From Alphaproteobacteria bacterium (lineage in GTDB: Bacteria > Pseudomonadota > Alphaproteobacteria > UBA828): 64,000 nucleotides of DNA. The notes below the pieces were generated by a model. The model had not been told where the DNA came from. It ran no database searches and saw only the letters and a list, made by a program, of their open reading frames with translations. Positions 32,880 to 43,691 of this stretch are shown here, in pieces; position 1 is the first letter of the stretch; each line of letters starts with the position of its first letter. Location: contig CAXXVO010000006.1 in assembly GCA_963422645.2 (NCBI GenBank), forward strand, positions 160,001 through 224,000, read 5' to 3'. The position numbers were made by a program, and so were the translations under genes.

Positions 32880-34064
32880 CTACGCATCCGTCTGGTGGAG
32901 GAAATCGTCCTGGCGTTCGTCCGCCTCACCGCCGCGTCCGCTGTTGGTCACGTCGAACGCTCCGCTAGCACGCAGCTCATCGGCGATCAGCAGGGGGCCG
33001 TCGCAGATGCGGTTGAGGAGGTCCGCTTGCCGGAATTCGAGTGCGACCAGGCGACCGAGGACGTGGAGCACGTTCATCAGTTCCGTGGTGTACTCGGCCA
33101 GCCAGCCCTCGGGTTGGATCTTTTCGAGCGTCGACGGCGGACGCCGGTCGCCGACAATGGGCCGGGAGCGGTCGAGGCGGCGGTAACTGAACCACTGCAG
33201 AAGCACTTGCTTGCCCGAGACCTCGTACTCCCACACCCCTCGCGACACGTTGTCGATGAAGCCATCGCCGATCTTCAGGCGGCGGGCGGCGGCATCATAT
33301 GCTATGCGATCGGGAAAGCGCCCCGGTTCGGTCGGGATTGCACCGTTCTTCGGAATGACGGCGCGCTCGCCCGCCGGCATTCGCGGCGCGGCCTTGGGCC
33401 GCTCCGCGCTGGGCTCGACGAAGCGATCACCGAAACAGTGGAGCCAGACGACCTCTCGCCCGATTTCGACGGCCTCCGAGAACAGCGAGGCTTCGGCGGT
33501 CATCGGAAAGCGCAGGCCCGGATGGACCAGGTCGGAGCGGAAACGAGCGGTGTACGCAGGATGCGCCGCAATGGCCGCGATATAGGCCATCAGATCGGGT
33601 GCGCTGATAGAGACGGCGAGAGCATCCGCTACCTCGCGCAGCAGACCCGCCTTGAGATTTGACTTCCGTTGATGGCGGTCAGCCCAGAGCGGAAATACAC
33701 GACCTCCAAAAGAACCCCTGTAGTGGTGTAGATCCGGTATCGCCGCAGAAAACGTCACCGCCGGTCCCGTTTTAGGCGCATGTGCTTGAAGCGCCGTCAA
33801 GTAGACTTGCTGGTTCGAATAGTTCTCCCAAAGCGTCGGGTTTGGTTGATTGATCACTCTTCCGTCGGGGATAATCCACTGCCGATCGAAAGAACGGAAA
33901 CCGTATCGAACAGGTGGAACAATTGAGCCCTTGTCCTTGGCAATAGAGCCGGCGCGGAACTCGTGACCGTAAAGGCCCTTGTAAAGCGGTTTATTGAGGT
34001 GTTTATCTCCGGGTTTTCCATCCCGAAGATGAGGATGGAACAGCATCTCCCGTTTTCTGGGAGT
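32880..34064 (-). pseudogene. C-terminal specificity domain of a type ISP restriction-modification enzyme, 5'-truncated
   Basis: 'RYGFRSFDRQW', 'PDLHHYRGSFGGRVFPLW', 'DLMAYIAA', 'VWEYEVSGKQVL..WF' resemble Type ISP C-terminal domains; no MTase or helicase part. Confidence 0.75.
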
Positions 34065-34069
34065 AGTTT

Positions 34070-35275
34070 CAGACTTCCTGACCTCGTGATGCTGGCTGTT
34101 CTGGGCGGCAAGCCGCTGCTCTGTCTGCACAAGCCGCTGGACCCGAAGATGGTCGCGGCCATCGAAGCCGACGTGGTGCCGGCGCTGCAGGAGCTTGGGA
34201 TCGTTGGCGCCGGGGCGCCGGACCTGACCGCCGAGCATCCCGGCCAGCCGGCGCTCACCCTGGTCTTCGACCGCGAGGGCTGGAGCCCGGATCTGTTCCG
34301 CCGGCTGGCGAGGCGCGGCGTCGCCTGCCTGACCTGGCACAAGAACTTCAGGGGCGAGGACTGGCCGGCCGAGGACTTCGGCGCGATGACCGTTCCCATT
34401 CACGGACCGGCGGCGGACGGCAGCGCCACCATGCGGCTGGCTGAGAAGCCGGTGACGTTGCCGAACGGCTTCAGGGTGCGCCAGATCCGCCGCCTGCTCG
34501 ACAACGGCCGTCAGGTGCCGCTGATCACCACCGATCCGCACAAGCCGATGGCTGAGGTTGCGGGCGCCATGTTCTCGCGCTGGTCGCAGGAGAACTTCTT
34601 CAAGTACATGCGTGACGAGTTCAATCTCGACGCCCTGCCGACCCACGAGCTCGAGCCTCTCGATCCCGCCGCCATGGTCGTCAACCCGCTGCGGCGGGCC
34701 TATGACAAGGCAATCCATCGCCTCGACCGCCAGCTTGGCCGCCTGCGCAACCGCATCGCCGACACGGCCCGGAAGAAGCAGCCGACGGCGGAACTCAGGA
34801 GGGAAGTCAGGGACCTCCAGGATGTCCGCGACATCGTCAGGGCCAGCCGCAGGGAGACGCCCAAGCACTGCCGGGCCGGCGACCTCGACGAAGCCGAGCA
34901 GCTCGATGCCTTGCCCGCGCGCGAGCGCCTCCTCCTCGACGTCATCCGGATGATCGCCTACCGCGCCGAAACCCGCATGATGCTTCCCGTCATGCAGGCG
35001 CAGGGCCACAAGCCCCATCCCCGGAAACTGCTTCAAGCGCTGCTCACCGCCGATGCCGACATCCTGCCGGATCCTGGCAATGGCCTCCTGCGGGTCCACA
35101 TTCTTGGCCTCGCAAACGACGCCTGCGACCGTTGGATCGATGCGGTTCTGAGCGACCTGAACGCCACCGAAACGGTCTTCCCCGGCACCCGTCTGCGCAT
35201 AGTCTACGACATCGACGGGGCCTCGGAATCCGCGCGGCTCGTGTCACCTAAAATCAGCAGAGGTCAGGAAGTCTG
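34070..35275 (+). mobile_element. Internally deleted (1206 bp) derivative of the ANNNT IS
   Basis: Both TIRs intact; AGTTT on both sides (34065-34069, 35276-35280); deletion junction at TCTGGGC microhomology. Confidence 0.88.
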
Positions 35276-35901
35276 AGTTTATCCAAGCGCGCAATGACCA
35301 GATTGTTCTCCAAAAACCAATTACCGGTTCTCGCCGATTCCCACTTGTCGTTGGTCATAATTTCAAACGGCAACTGAAAGCGACGATAGAGCTCGTCCTG
35401 CCACTGCTCGGCAAGACTGCCAGGGCAGACGATCAGACAGCGATGCAAGTCTCCGCGGGCTACTAGCTCGCGAATGAGCAGCCCTGCCATGATGGTCTTT
35501 CCGGCACCGGGGTCGTCAGCCAACAGAAACCGTAAAGGCTGTCGCGGCAGCATTTCCTCATAAACAGCTGTGATCTGGTGTGGCAGCGGGTCAACAAGGG
35601 AGGTGTGTACTGCCAGGACTGGATCGAACAGATGGGCGAGCCGAATCCGGTGCGCCTCGGACACGAGCCTAAACAGTCGGCCATCGCCGTCTAAACTCCA
35701 TGGCCGTCCTTCTTCGATAACTTCCAATCGAGACTCATCGTGGCGGTACAAGAGTTCGTTGGCTACCTTACCTTTCGAATCCTTGTAAGTGAGTTCTACC
35801 GCTTCGGAGCCAAACCATTGGACGTTAACGACCGTGACAAGGCCATGGGGAAGGATGCCGCGTATCGACGTGTTGGGAAGAAGGTCATCAAGGCGCGTCA
35901 T
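35276..35901 (-). pseudogene. SNF2-family helicase N-terminus, truncated by IS
   Basis: 'PLPHQITAVY', 'RFLLADDPGAGKTIMAG', 'LIVCPGSLAEQWQDEL'; ends at ARLDKL, before motif II. Confidence 0.85.
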
Positions 35902-36285
35902 GTCAGTCCGGTCCATTTGCGAGAAGCCAGAGTGGTGCTTCCGACAGCGACCCAGCTGACCGCCGGAATCCCAGGCGGGGCCTCGATACTCCGGTCCGCT
36001 CTGAACAATGGGTCGCGACGCCGGTCATCGTAGCGAAAGCGCGCGCGTGCAAACTCGGGGGCCCGTTTGTCCGCCTGTGTCCTTCGACCATCTATCGCTC
36101 CGTCTTGCGCCGGTCACGCTGCGCGGCGGTGATAACATGTTGGACGTTCGGCCGCGAGACCCGGAACTCCTTCACGATCGCCGCGAGCCTGAGGCTGGCC
36201 GCGAGACGTCGAGGGTTCTCGCCGGCGACCGGCCGGCTTTTCCTCCCGATCTATCCTGTGTTACCGACGCAATCCCCACATGGCC

Positions 36286-36314
36286 TTGACATGGTAAGGA
36301 ATATTCCTTACCAT
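36286..36314 (+). promoter_or_regulatory. sigma70 promoter with overlapping perfect 24-bp palindromic operator
   Basis: TTGACA-17 bp-TACCAT; palindrome ATGGTAAGGAATATTCCTTACCAT at 36291-36314. Confidence 0.8.
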
Positions 36315-36342
36315 CCTGCGCGGCACAGAAGGAGCGGCGATC

Positions 36343-36663
36343 ATGTCGATTATCCACGAAGTCGCCACGATGACCGCGAAGGGCCAGATCACCCTGCCGA
36401 AGTCGGTCCGTCAGGCGCTCGGGGTCGATGTCGGTGCCAAGGTGGCATTCGAGCTCCACGAGGACGGACAGGTCGTCGTCAGCCGTGCCGACACCGAGCA
36501 TGAAGATCCGGCCATCGCTGCTTTCCTCGACCTGCTCGCCGGCGATATCCAGGCCGGCCGGCATGTTCGGGCGATTCCTGACGATCTGGCACAGGACATG
36601 CTCGAACATTCGCAGCGTGAAGCAGGACCGGACGAGAACATCGACGGCGACGTCGACCTCTGA
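36343..36663 (+). CDS. prlF: Antitoxin PrlF (AbrB-like)
   Basis: 'TAKGQITLPKSVRQALG', 'EDPAIAAFLDLL..DI'; coupled to a YhaV gene. Confidence 0.85.
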   Translation: MSIIHEVATMTAKGQITLPKSVRQALGVDVGAKVAFELHEDGQVVVSRADTEHEDPAIAAFLDLLAGDIQAGRHVRAIPDDLAQDMLEHSQREAGPDENIDGDVDL

Positions 36664-37121
36664 TGCAGCGCCATGGATGGACGCTGCTGTTCCACGATTG
36701 CCTCATCGAGCAGCTGCGCAAGCTCCACAACGCGGTCCAACGCGCGCAACAAAGCGATCCGGCGGGGTTCTCATCGAATGCGAACGTCAAGCTGTTCCAC
36801 GCACTGAGCCGGCTGATGCTGGAAGTCATCCCGCAGGATCCATCCCGGGACGAGTACCGCCAGGGCACCACGCTCGGCCCGCGCTACCGCCATTGGCGGC
36901 GTGCCAGGATCGGCAGACGGTTCCGACTGTTCTTCCGCTATGACGCCCGGGCGAAGGTGATCGTCTACGCGTGGGTCAATGACCAATCGACGCTGCGCTC
37001 CTCGGGGAGCAGGACCGATCCGTACACGGTCTTCGCCAGGATGCTCGCGCGGGGAAATCCGCCCGACGACTGGACCTCATTGATGACCGCATCGAGGCAG
37101 GACTGGCAGTCGGGGAAATAA
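36663..37121 (+). CDS. yhaV: Toxin YhaV (RelE-superfamily RNase)
   Basis: 'HGWTL', 'IPQDP....YRQG.TLG..YRHWRRA', 'RLFFRY', 'YAWVND..TLR'. Confidence 0.88.
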   Translation: MQRHGWTLLFHDCLIEQLRKLHNAVQRAQQSDPAGFSSNANVKLFHALSRLMLEVIPQDPSRDEYRQGTTLGPRYRHWRRARIGRRFRLFFRYDARAKVIVYAWVNDQSTLRSSGSRTDPYTVFARMLARGNPPDDWTSLMTASRQDWQSGK

Positions 37122-37424
37122 CCGCCTTCAGATTGCGCCGGCCCGCGAAGGGGCGGAGACGCTCCAGCGAATACCCTCTGAACGCGCCACCGGGCAGTCG
37201 GCTGACAGCATGCCCACGGCTTCGGACAATCTGCGCGTGGGCGCGGGATACCACAGCGCCGAAACGCCGCGGAGTAGTGTGAGGCGGCGCACGTAGCCCG
37301 CTCGCGTCCAGAGAGACCGCAATCATGCTCGGAACCCGGCTCACCAGCGAGGACATCGCCTCACACATCAGAGAGGCAGGAGAGACCTGTCTCCTCATCG
37401 CACCGGGTGTGGATGTCAACGGCG

Positions 37425-37580
37425 GCGCTCGGCGAAGGCCTGCCGATGATCGGCAAGCTGCTCGGTCACACCCAGGTGCAGACGACCGCCCGGTACGCCC
37501 ACCTTGCCCGCGATACCGTGCAGGCGTCCGCGGCGCGCATCGGCGACAGCATCGAGAACGATCTCGTCACCACGCCATAA
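37425..37580 (+). pseudogene. Tyrosine integrase C-terminal fragment
   Basis: Manual translation ALGEGLPMIGKLLGHTQVQTTARYAHLARDTVQASAARIGDSI (catalytic His and Tyr box). Confidence 0.85.
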
Positions 37581-37645
37581 GCTGCTTTCGATTCTACGGA
37601 TTATGCGTTTATTGAGGCAAGTCTCTGTCGCCCAGGAAACCTGCC

Positions 37646-37735
37646 ATGCCCACCGTGAGCGCCCTCGAATTCCAGCGCAATTTCCGCCGGTTCCAGCACG
37701 AGGCGGGGCGCGAGCCGGTGGAGATAACCCCCACA
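37646..37735 (+). pseudogene. Phd/YefM-type antitoxin N-terminal fragment
   Basis: MPTVSALEFQRNFRRFQHEAGREPVEIT, then fused to an IS66 remnant. Confidence 0.6.
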
Positions 37736-37863
37736 CCAGGCTCAGGGCGAGCCTCGAAGCAATCGCCGCCGGCCATCCGAACAGCCGCATCGACGAGCTC
37801 CTGCCCTGGAACTTCGACGGTCCGTCAAGCTGACAAACCGGGTGGGGCGCTCGTGGCGCTTAC
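37736..37863 (+). mobile_element. Remnant of a classical IS66 (TnpC C-terminus and right end)
   Basis: 'LEAIAAGHPNSRIDELLPWNF' followed by ...GGCGCTTAC terminus. Confidence 0.75.
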
Positions 37864-37921
37864 GTACTTGACGCTACTTGGAACGCCTGTATCGCCACCC
37901 AAGGATATGAAGAGAACTATC

Positions 37922-39809
37922 GTAACTGCCCAGGTTCTTGCTGTGAAAATTCTCTGGGATTCGGCACAACGCTACCCACGCGACGCCCGTGTGCTCCTCT
38001 GGGGTCGCCGGGTTTCACAGCTCACGATGCCCCTCTTGCGGACTGCGACCGGTAAGCTACCCCGATGTGGCCCGAAGTCCGCCCGCGCGACGGGCACCGA
38101 TTTTCATTCTATGGGGTGGTCCAGCACGGCGTCGACCATGATCGTTTATGAGAATGGCTCCGCTGTTGGAGAACCCGTGCCAGGTGAGCTTACGCGCACT
38201 TGACGGTGGCGATGAGCCGATCCGATGGGCTGGTCAGGGCTTCGATGATATTCCAGCCCTGCTTTCTGGCGGTGGTGATGACGCTGCGCAGGATGGCGAA
38301 GTTCTCGGCCCCCTGCGCGGACCGGAAGCCCCCGGAGATCTTCTGGCGCAGCTTCATCATCCGAAGGTCGCGCTCGGCCTCGTTGTTCGTGAACCCGACC
38401 TCGAGGTCGATCAGGAACCGGAGCACCGCGCATTTGTGGTCGCGCAGCCTCAAGGCCGGATTGTGACCGATCCTTCGCTTCCGGCGCTTCTTCCTCTTGC
38501 CAGGCGAGAACGGTGGTTGGCTCTCGTGAAAGGCCAGCGCATCGGCGATGATCTCGTCGTATCGGCGCTCGATCAGCGCCACAAGCCTCGCCGGAACGGC
38601 GATATCCTTGTCCAGCGCGATGCGGGCGGCGCGATTGGCTCGGCGCAGGAGCTGCTGCATCCGCCGGGCCCAAGCCTCCCCTTCGATGTCCACCAGCGCC
38701 TGCAACTCCCGCAGGTGATGGGCGTTGCACAGGCCGTGCTCCACCCCTTCCATCGCGAAGTACGGCTTCCAGTGATCGTGCACGACGATGCCGGAGACAC
38801 CCGAGAGCAGGGCGCCGCGCTTGCCGCTGACCCGGTACGCCGCCAGCAGCGGCGTGCAGATCACATGAAGCCACTGCGTCTGACCGCCGATCCGCAAGCC
38901 GGTCTCGTCCATGTGTTTCACCCGCGCCGTGCCCGCCGCCAGGTCCTGTATGTGCAAGGCCGCGTCCCGCAGCCGCTCGGCCGCCCTCTCGCTCATCGTC
39001 GCCAACGTCGCAGCCGTCACCGGCGCGCCGAAGAGCTCGGCCATCACCTGCGACAGCCGATCCTCCGGCAGGAAGTGAGCGTGCTGAAGGTAGACCGCCA
39101 CCCCGGCAATGCGCGGGCCGTACTGCACCGGCGCCGACACCCCGTCGGGGAACGCCGCCCGGGTCACCGTCCCGCAATGCCCGCAGCACTTGGCATGCGC
39201 CCGGTGCTCGGTCACCTCCAGGGGGCTCGGCTCGGGCAGATCGAACACCTGGCGGGCGACGGGCGTTCCCGCCCTGGCCGCGTCCGAAAGCGGCGAACCG
39301 CATCCCTTGCAGGAAGCCGGGACGTGATCCTTCACCCGATCCGGGTGATCGGCGCGGCGCAGCGTCTTGCCCTTGTGGCCGGGCTGGCCACCGGGCTTGC
39401 GGCCCGATTTGCCGCGCAGGCTTCGGGTTCGCCGCTTCGAATTCGGCTTCCTCAGCCCATCGCTCGAAGGCGGCTTGCCGCTGTTGCCGCTGTTGAGGCC
39501 GAGACGGCGCTCCAACTCCTCGATGCGCTCGACGAGACGCGCGACTTGCTCTTCCAGCCGCGCGTTCTGCTGCCGAAGCCAGGCATTTTCCTCCCGAAGC
39601 CGGGCGTTCTCCTCCTCCAGGCGGGCGATCTTCTGCGCGGGCGTTTCGGGCGCTGCTCCCGTCGAAGGGCCGCGCGGCGACTCGGGATTGCTCATGTCGT
39701 TGTTGAGTCATTTCCCGAAATTCCCGTCAAGCCCTTTCCACCAACTCCGAACGAGAAACGCCTCAATCCACTGGCCCAAAATGACAAATCAGACGACCTG
39801 GGCAGTTAC
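37922..39809 (-). mobile_element. IS66-family (single-ORF ISBst12-type) element, complete
   Basis: TIR GTAACTGCCCAGGT at both ends; 8-bp TSD GAACTATC at 37914-37921 and 39810-39817. Confidence 0.93.
38190..39695 (-). CDS. IS66-family transposase
   Basis: Leucine zipper, 'NSGKPPSSD', 'GGQPGH', Zn finger, 'DETG', 'LCNAHHLREL', 'NNEAER'. Confidence 0.93.
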   Translation of the reverse strand: MSNPESPRGPSTGAAPETPAQKIARLEEENARLREENAWLRQQNARLEEQVARLVERIEELERRLGLNSGNSGKPPSSDGLRKPNSKRRTRSLRGKSGRKPGGQPGHKGKTLRRADHPDRVKDHVPASCKGCGSPLSDAARAGTPVARQVFDLPEPSPLEVTEHRAHAKCCGHCGTVTRAAFPDGVSAPVQYGPRIAGVAVYLQHAHFLPEDRLSQVMAELFGAPVTAATLATMSERAAERLRDAALHIQDLAAGTARVKHMDETGLRIGGQTQWLHVICTPLLAAYRVSGKRGALLSGVSGIVVHDHWKPYFAMEGVEHGLCNAHHLRELQALVDIEGEAWARRMQQLLRRANRAARIALDKDIAVPARLVALIERRYDEIIADALAFHESQPPFSPGKRKKRRKRRIGHNPALRLRDHKCAVLRFLIDLEVGFTNNEAERDLRMMKLRQKISGGFRSAQGAENFAILRSVITTARKQGWNIIEALTSPSDRLIATVKCA

Positions 39810-40014
39810 GAACTATCTTGACGACTATATCGAAGCTGCAATCGAGCTTGCCGATGCCATTATTGACAAGGAATTGTACGGCATGCGTGACACGTTGGTA
39901 TTGCCAATTATGTACAACGCCAGACACGCCGTCGAGTTGACACTGAAATTTTCTACCGATCGTCTCATTCAATCTTGCGTGGTGAGGGACGAAGGGCGGA
40001 AACTACCATCTTCT

Positions 40015-40308
40015 TCACTGGGCGTATCCGAGCCCATTGGCAAGAGAGCGTAGGAGTTGCGCGGAGCGCGCGGCAATGATGCTGCTTTCTCGAAAGGACG
40101 CTTCGTTGATGGCCCGGATGTCGCGATCATCCACCAATTCCACCAGCATTTCCGTTGCAGCGTGACCATACGGCTGCACGGCGACATCGTGCGAGATCGG
40201 AAGCCAAAAGTGGTTCTCCCCTCGGTACTTCGCGAACGCAAGGGCATAGCTACCGATGACAAAACTCTTACGGGGCTTTGCGATTCGGGCGATTCTGAGC
40301 CCCATGAC
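40015..40308 (-). pseudogene. C-terminal fragment of a hypothetical protein (possibly DUF4238-like), cut by IS21
   Basis: 'SFVIGS...WLPISHDVAV...DIRAINEA'; the frame runs into the IS21 end. Confidence 0.4.
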
Positions 40309-40510
40309 TGTCAATCGGCTTTCAATACTGACCCCCGATCGGCGTGCAAAATTGACCCCCCTGAGTGGCACGGCGGAGGTTGTCCCGGTAGCCAATAGGG
40401 GGGACCCGCGCGGCTTCGTGTGGCGCCCTGCGCTACGCGGAGCGAAGCCGCGTGGGGGGTCCCTGTTGGCCCACCGGGGCAACCGGGCCGCAAGGGAGGC
40501 CGGCGGCGGG

Positions 40511-41239
40511 TCAGGAGCGGTTCTTGAAGCGCCAGCTCTCGTTGCCGGTCTCGATGATCTCGCAATGATGGGTGAGGCGATCGAGCAGCGCTGTGGTCAT
40601 CTTGGGGTCGCCGAAGACGGATGGCCATTCGCCGAAGGCGAGGTTTGTGGTGATGACGATCGAGGTGCGCTCGTAGAGCCGGCTCATCAGATGGAAGAGC
40701 AGCTGCCCACCGGCCTGGGCGAAGGGCAGGTAGCCGAGCTCGTCGAGGATGACGAAGTCGCGGCGGACGAGCTGGTCTGCAGTGCGGCCCTGGCGTCCGG
40801 CGCGAAGCTCGGCCTCGAGGAGGTTGACCAGGTCGACGACGTTGTAGCACCGGCCGCGCGCGCCCTTGCGGATGCAGGACCGCGCGATGGCGACGGCGAG
40901 ATGGGTCTTGCCGGTACCGGTGCCGCCGACCAGCACGATGTTGCGTTTGCCCTCGAGGAAGCCGCCGCCGGCGAGCTCCTGGATCAGGGGCTCGTTGACC
41001 GGCGAGGCGGCGAAGTCGAAGTCGGCCAGCTCCTTGACCGTCGGCAGCTTGGCGGAGGCCATCTGGTACTTGATCGAGCGGGCCCTCTTGTCGGCGATCT
41101 CGACCTGCAGCAGCGTACCGATGATCTGTTGCACCGGATGGCGGCGCTTGAGCCCGTCGGCAAGGATGTCGTCGTAAGCGGCGCGCATACCTGCGAGCTT
41201 CAGCTGGGTCATCATCTCCAGCACATCATGACGCTCCAT
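40511..41239 (-). CDS. istB: IS21 helper ATPase IstB
   Basis: Same protein as 29789..30517. Confidence 0.95.
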   Translation of the reverse strand: MERHDVLEMMTQLKLAGMRAAYDDILADGLKRRHPVQQIIGTLLQVEIADKRARSIKYQMASAKLPTVKELADFDFAASPVNEPLIQELAGGGFLEGKRNIVLVGGTGTGKTHLAVAIARSCIRKGARGRCYNVVDLVNLLEAELRAGRQGRTADQLVRRDFVILDELGYLPFAQAGGQLLFHLMSRLYERTSIVITTNLAFGEWPSVFGDPKMTTALLDRLTHHCEIIETGNESWRFKNRS

Positions 41240-42740
41240 GACCGGCCTCCCTCAGGCTGTCGTAGCGCTGACAGTCGGCTACCGGCTTGTGGCGAAGCTG
41301 CAGGCCCTCGGGCGTCGGGATGATTGCCGGCGGTGCCGGCTGGCGCTGCCGGGCGAGGATGTTGAGCACCACGTCGGCGCTGCAGGCACCGCAGTCGAGC
41401 GTCTCGGCACAGGCCGCCTCAACCGCCTCCAGTCCGTCCTCCAGCACCGCCGCGAGCACCTTGACGAACTGCCGGTCGCCGTCGTCGTGGCCCGCGAGCC
41501 GGGTTCGCAGGCGGCCGAGCGCGTTGGGCAACTGCCAGTCCTTGAAGGGCGCGCCATTGCGTAGCGCGCCGGGCTTCCGCGTCAGGATCGGCACGTAATG
41601 CCACGGATCGTAGACGAACCGGCCGCGCCCGAAGCTGCGGGGGTGCTCGGCAACGGTCTCGCCGTCCTGGCGGATGACGATCCGATCGGCATAGGCCCGC
41701 ACGTCCACCGGCCGGCCGACGGCGCGGGCCGCGACGCTGTACTGGTTGTTGTCGAAGCGCACCAGACAGGTCTTCGAGACCGACACCTCGCTGGCATGGA
41801 AGCCGTCGAAGGGGCCGCGATACGCCATCAGGAAGGGCTGCTCCTCCTCGAACACCTGCCACACCGTCTTGCCCGGGATTGTCGGATGCGGATGCTTCTT
41901 GGCGTCCTCGATGCACCGATCCATCAGCCACTCGTTGATCTCGGCGTAGGAGCGGCCCCGCGGGATGGGCACGAACAGGCGGCCGCGAAGGTCACCCACC
42001 TGCTTCTCGACCTGCCCCTTCTCCCAGCCAGCCCCTGGCGTGCACGCCACAGGCTCCACCAGATGGTGCGAGCACAGCTCCTGGAAGCGGCGGTTGTAGT
42101 CCCGCTTCTTGCCCACGAAGATCGTGCTCACCGCCGTCTTCATGTTGTCGTAGATGCCCCGCCGGCAGACCCCGCCGAAGAAGCGGAAGGCACGCTCGTG
42201 CGCCTCGAAGACCATCTCCTGGCTCTCGCGGGGAAAGATCTGGACCAGATACATCCGGCTGTGGCACAGCCGCATGTGCGCCGCCTTCACCCTGGTCGTC
42301 GCGCCCGACAGACGCGCGTACTCGTGGCTCCAGTCGAACTGGTAGGCCTCGCCGGGATCGAAGATCAGCGGCACATAGGCCTGCGCCGGCGACAACAGCC
42401 GCCACCGGCGCCGCCAGGCCCTGGCATAGCGGCGAACCGCGTCATAGCCGCCCTTGTAGCCCAGCGACACAAGGTCTTCATGAATCCGCAGAAGAGACAG
42501 CCGATCCTTGCGTGCCTTCTTCTCGTTGGCCTTCAGCTGGCGCTCAAGCTCCTCCACCCACAGCCCAAGCTTCGGCATCGGCTGGATCTTGCGCTCGTAG
42601 CTGTGCGAGGTCGCATCGCCCCGCACCACCTTGCGTATCGTGTTCTTGGAAACCCTCAAATCCCGGGCGAGCTTCTTGATCGGAACGCCCTTCACCAGAT
42701 GATCCCGACGGATCTTCGCGATCGTTTCCACAACCAGCAT
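41226..42740 (-). CDS. istA: IS21 transposase IstA
   Basis: Same protein as 30504..32018. Confidence 0.95.
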   Translation of the reverse strand: MLVVETIAKIRRDHLVKGVPIKKLARDLRVSKNTIRKVVRGDATSHSYERKIQPMPKLGLWVEELERQLKANEKKARKDRLSLLRIHEDLVSLGYKGGYDAVRRYARAWRRRWRLLSPAQAYVPLIFDPGEAYQFDWSHEYARLSGATTRVKAAHMRLCHSRMYLVQIFPRESQEMVFEAHERAFRFFGGVCRRGIYDNMKTAVSTIFVGKKRDYNRRFQELCSHHLVEPVACTPGAGWEKGQVEKQVGDLRGRLFVPIPRGRSYAEINEWLMDRCIEDAKKHPHPTIPGKTVWQVFEEEQPFLMAYRGPFDGFHASEVSVSKTCLVRFDNNQYSVAARAVGRPVDVRAYADRIVIRQDGETVAEHPRSFGRGRFVYDPWHYVPILTRKPGALRNGAPFKDWQLPNALGRLRTRLAGHDDGDRQFVKVLAAVLEDGLEAVEAACAETLDCGACSADVVLNILARQRQPAPPAIIPTPEGLQLRHKPVADCQRYDSLREAGHGAS

Positions 42741-42981
42741 CTCCCCCACCACCCCGTCCGTCCAAACGACGAGGTGTGTTCATGGACACAAATCCAAGGG
42801 GGTCAATTTTGGACGCCGATCACCCCCAATAGGGGGTCACTTTTCCACGCTTAACAACAGACGATTTTCCAGGCCATTCGCAAAGACTTCCGGCCGCGAT
42901 TCGCAAAGACTTTCGGCCGGCTACAACAGGAACACTGAACATGCACTTGACACCATATGTGGTGAAGAACATAAAATGTCG

Positions 42982-43349
42982 ATGAGTTGGAAAGTGGAGT
43001 TCCACGACGAGTTCGTGCCGGAGTTTCGAAGTCTGCACAAACGGGTCCAGGACGAGGCCTATGCCACCGCTCACCTGCTGGAACAGTTCGGACCGCAACT
43101 AGGACGCGACCCTGGGTGGACACGCTGAACGGCTCTCGGCACGCGAACATGAAGGAGATGCGCTTCGGCGCAGCGGATGGGGAATGGCGCATCGCCTTCG
43201 CCTTTGACCCGAAGCGCAGAGCCATGCTTCTCGTCGCCGGCGACAAGTCGGGAAGCGGCGCCAGGCGGTTCTACCGCGCACTCATCCGTAAAGAGGACCA
43301 GCGCTTCGACCATCACCTCGCGCGCCTCGCGCAGGAAGGAGGATCGTGA
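42982..43349 (+). pseudogene. RelE/ParE-superfamily (Gp49-like) toxin, frameshifted near 43105
   Basis: MSWKVEFHDEF...LLEQFGPQLG then RPWVDTLNGSRHANMKEMRF...WRIAFAFDP..LLVAGDKSG in another frame; extra CG in GGA-CG-CGA-CCC. Confidence 0.8.
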
Positions 43350-43675
43350 TGCCTGTAAGTCTGGAGACCATGATGGCGAAGCTCGACCCCGAGAGGCGGC
43401 GGCGGATCGAGGAGCGGGCGGCCGAGCTCATCGCCGAGGAAATGACGCTGCGCGAGCTTCGCAAGGCCCGGCAGCTCACCCAGGCGCGCGTTGCCGCCGA
43501 GCTCGGCATCAGCCAGGACGGCGTCTCCCGGCTTGAGCAGCGCAGCGACCTTCTGCTCTCGACCTTGCGCAAGACCGTGGAGGCCATGGGGGGCAGCCTC
43601 TCGCTCATCGCCAAGTTCCCCGACCGCCCGCCCGTCGAGCTCGCGGGCATCGCCGAGAGCGACCCCCGCGACTGA
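43346..43675 (+). CDS. XRE-family HTH antitoxin
   Basis: '[12 protein letters not shown]...[27 protein letters not shown]'. Confidence 0.88.
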   Translation: MMPVSLETMMAKLDPERRRRIEERAAELIAEEMTLRELRKARQLTQARVAAELGISQDGVSRLEQRSDLLLSTLRKTVEAMGGSLSLIAKFPDRPPVELAGIAESDPRD

Positions 43676-43691
43676 CGACCGAGGCAGCCAT

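Larger units (their letters stand above)
37868..40010 (+). pseudogene. HEPN-like hypothetical gene split by IS66 and truncated at both ends
   Basis: Removing the IS and one TSD gives ATWNACIATQGYEENYLDDYIEAAIELAD...DTLVLPIMYNARHAVELTLK in one frame. Confidence 0.55.
40309..42859 (-). mobile_element. IS21-family element, copy 2
   Basis: Same ends, length and ORF translations as copy 1. Confidence 0.93.

Noticed and set aside
32880-35099. 739-aa ORF as a novel fusion protein
   Set aside because: It is the antisense frame of the IS running into the type ISP fragment
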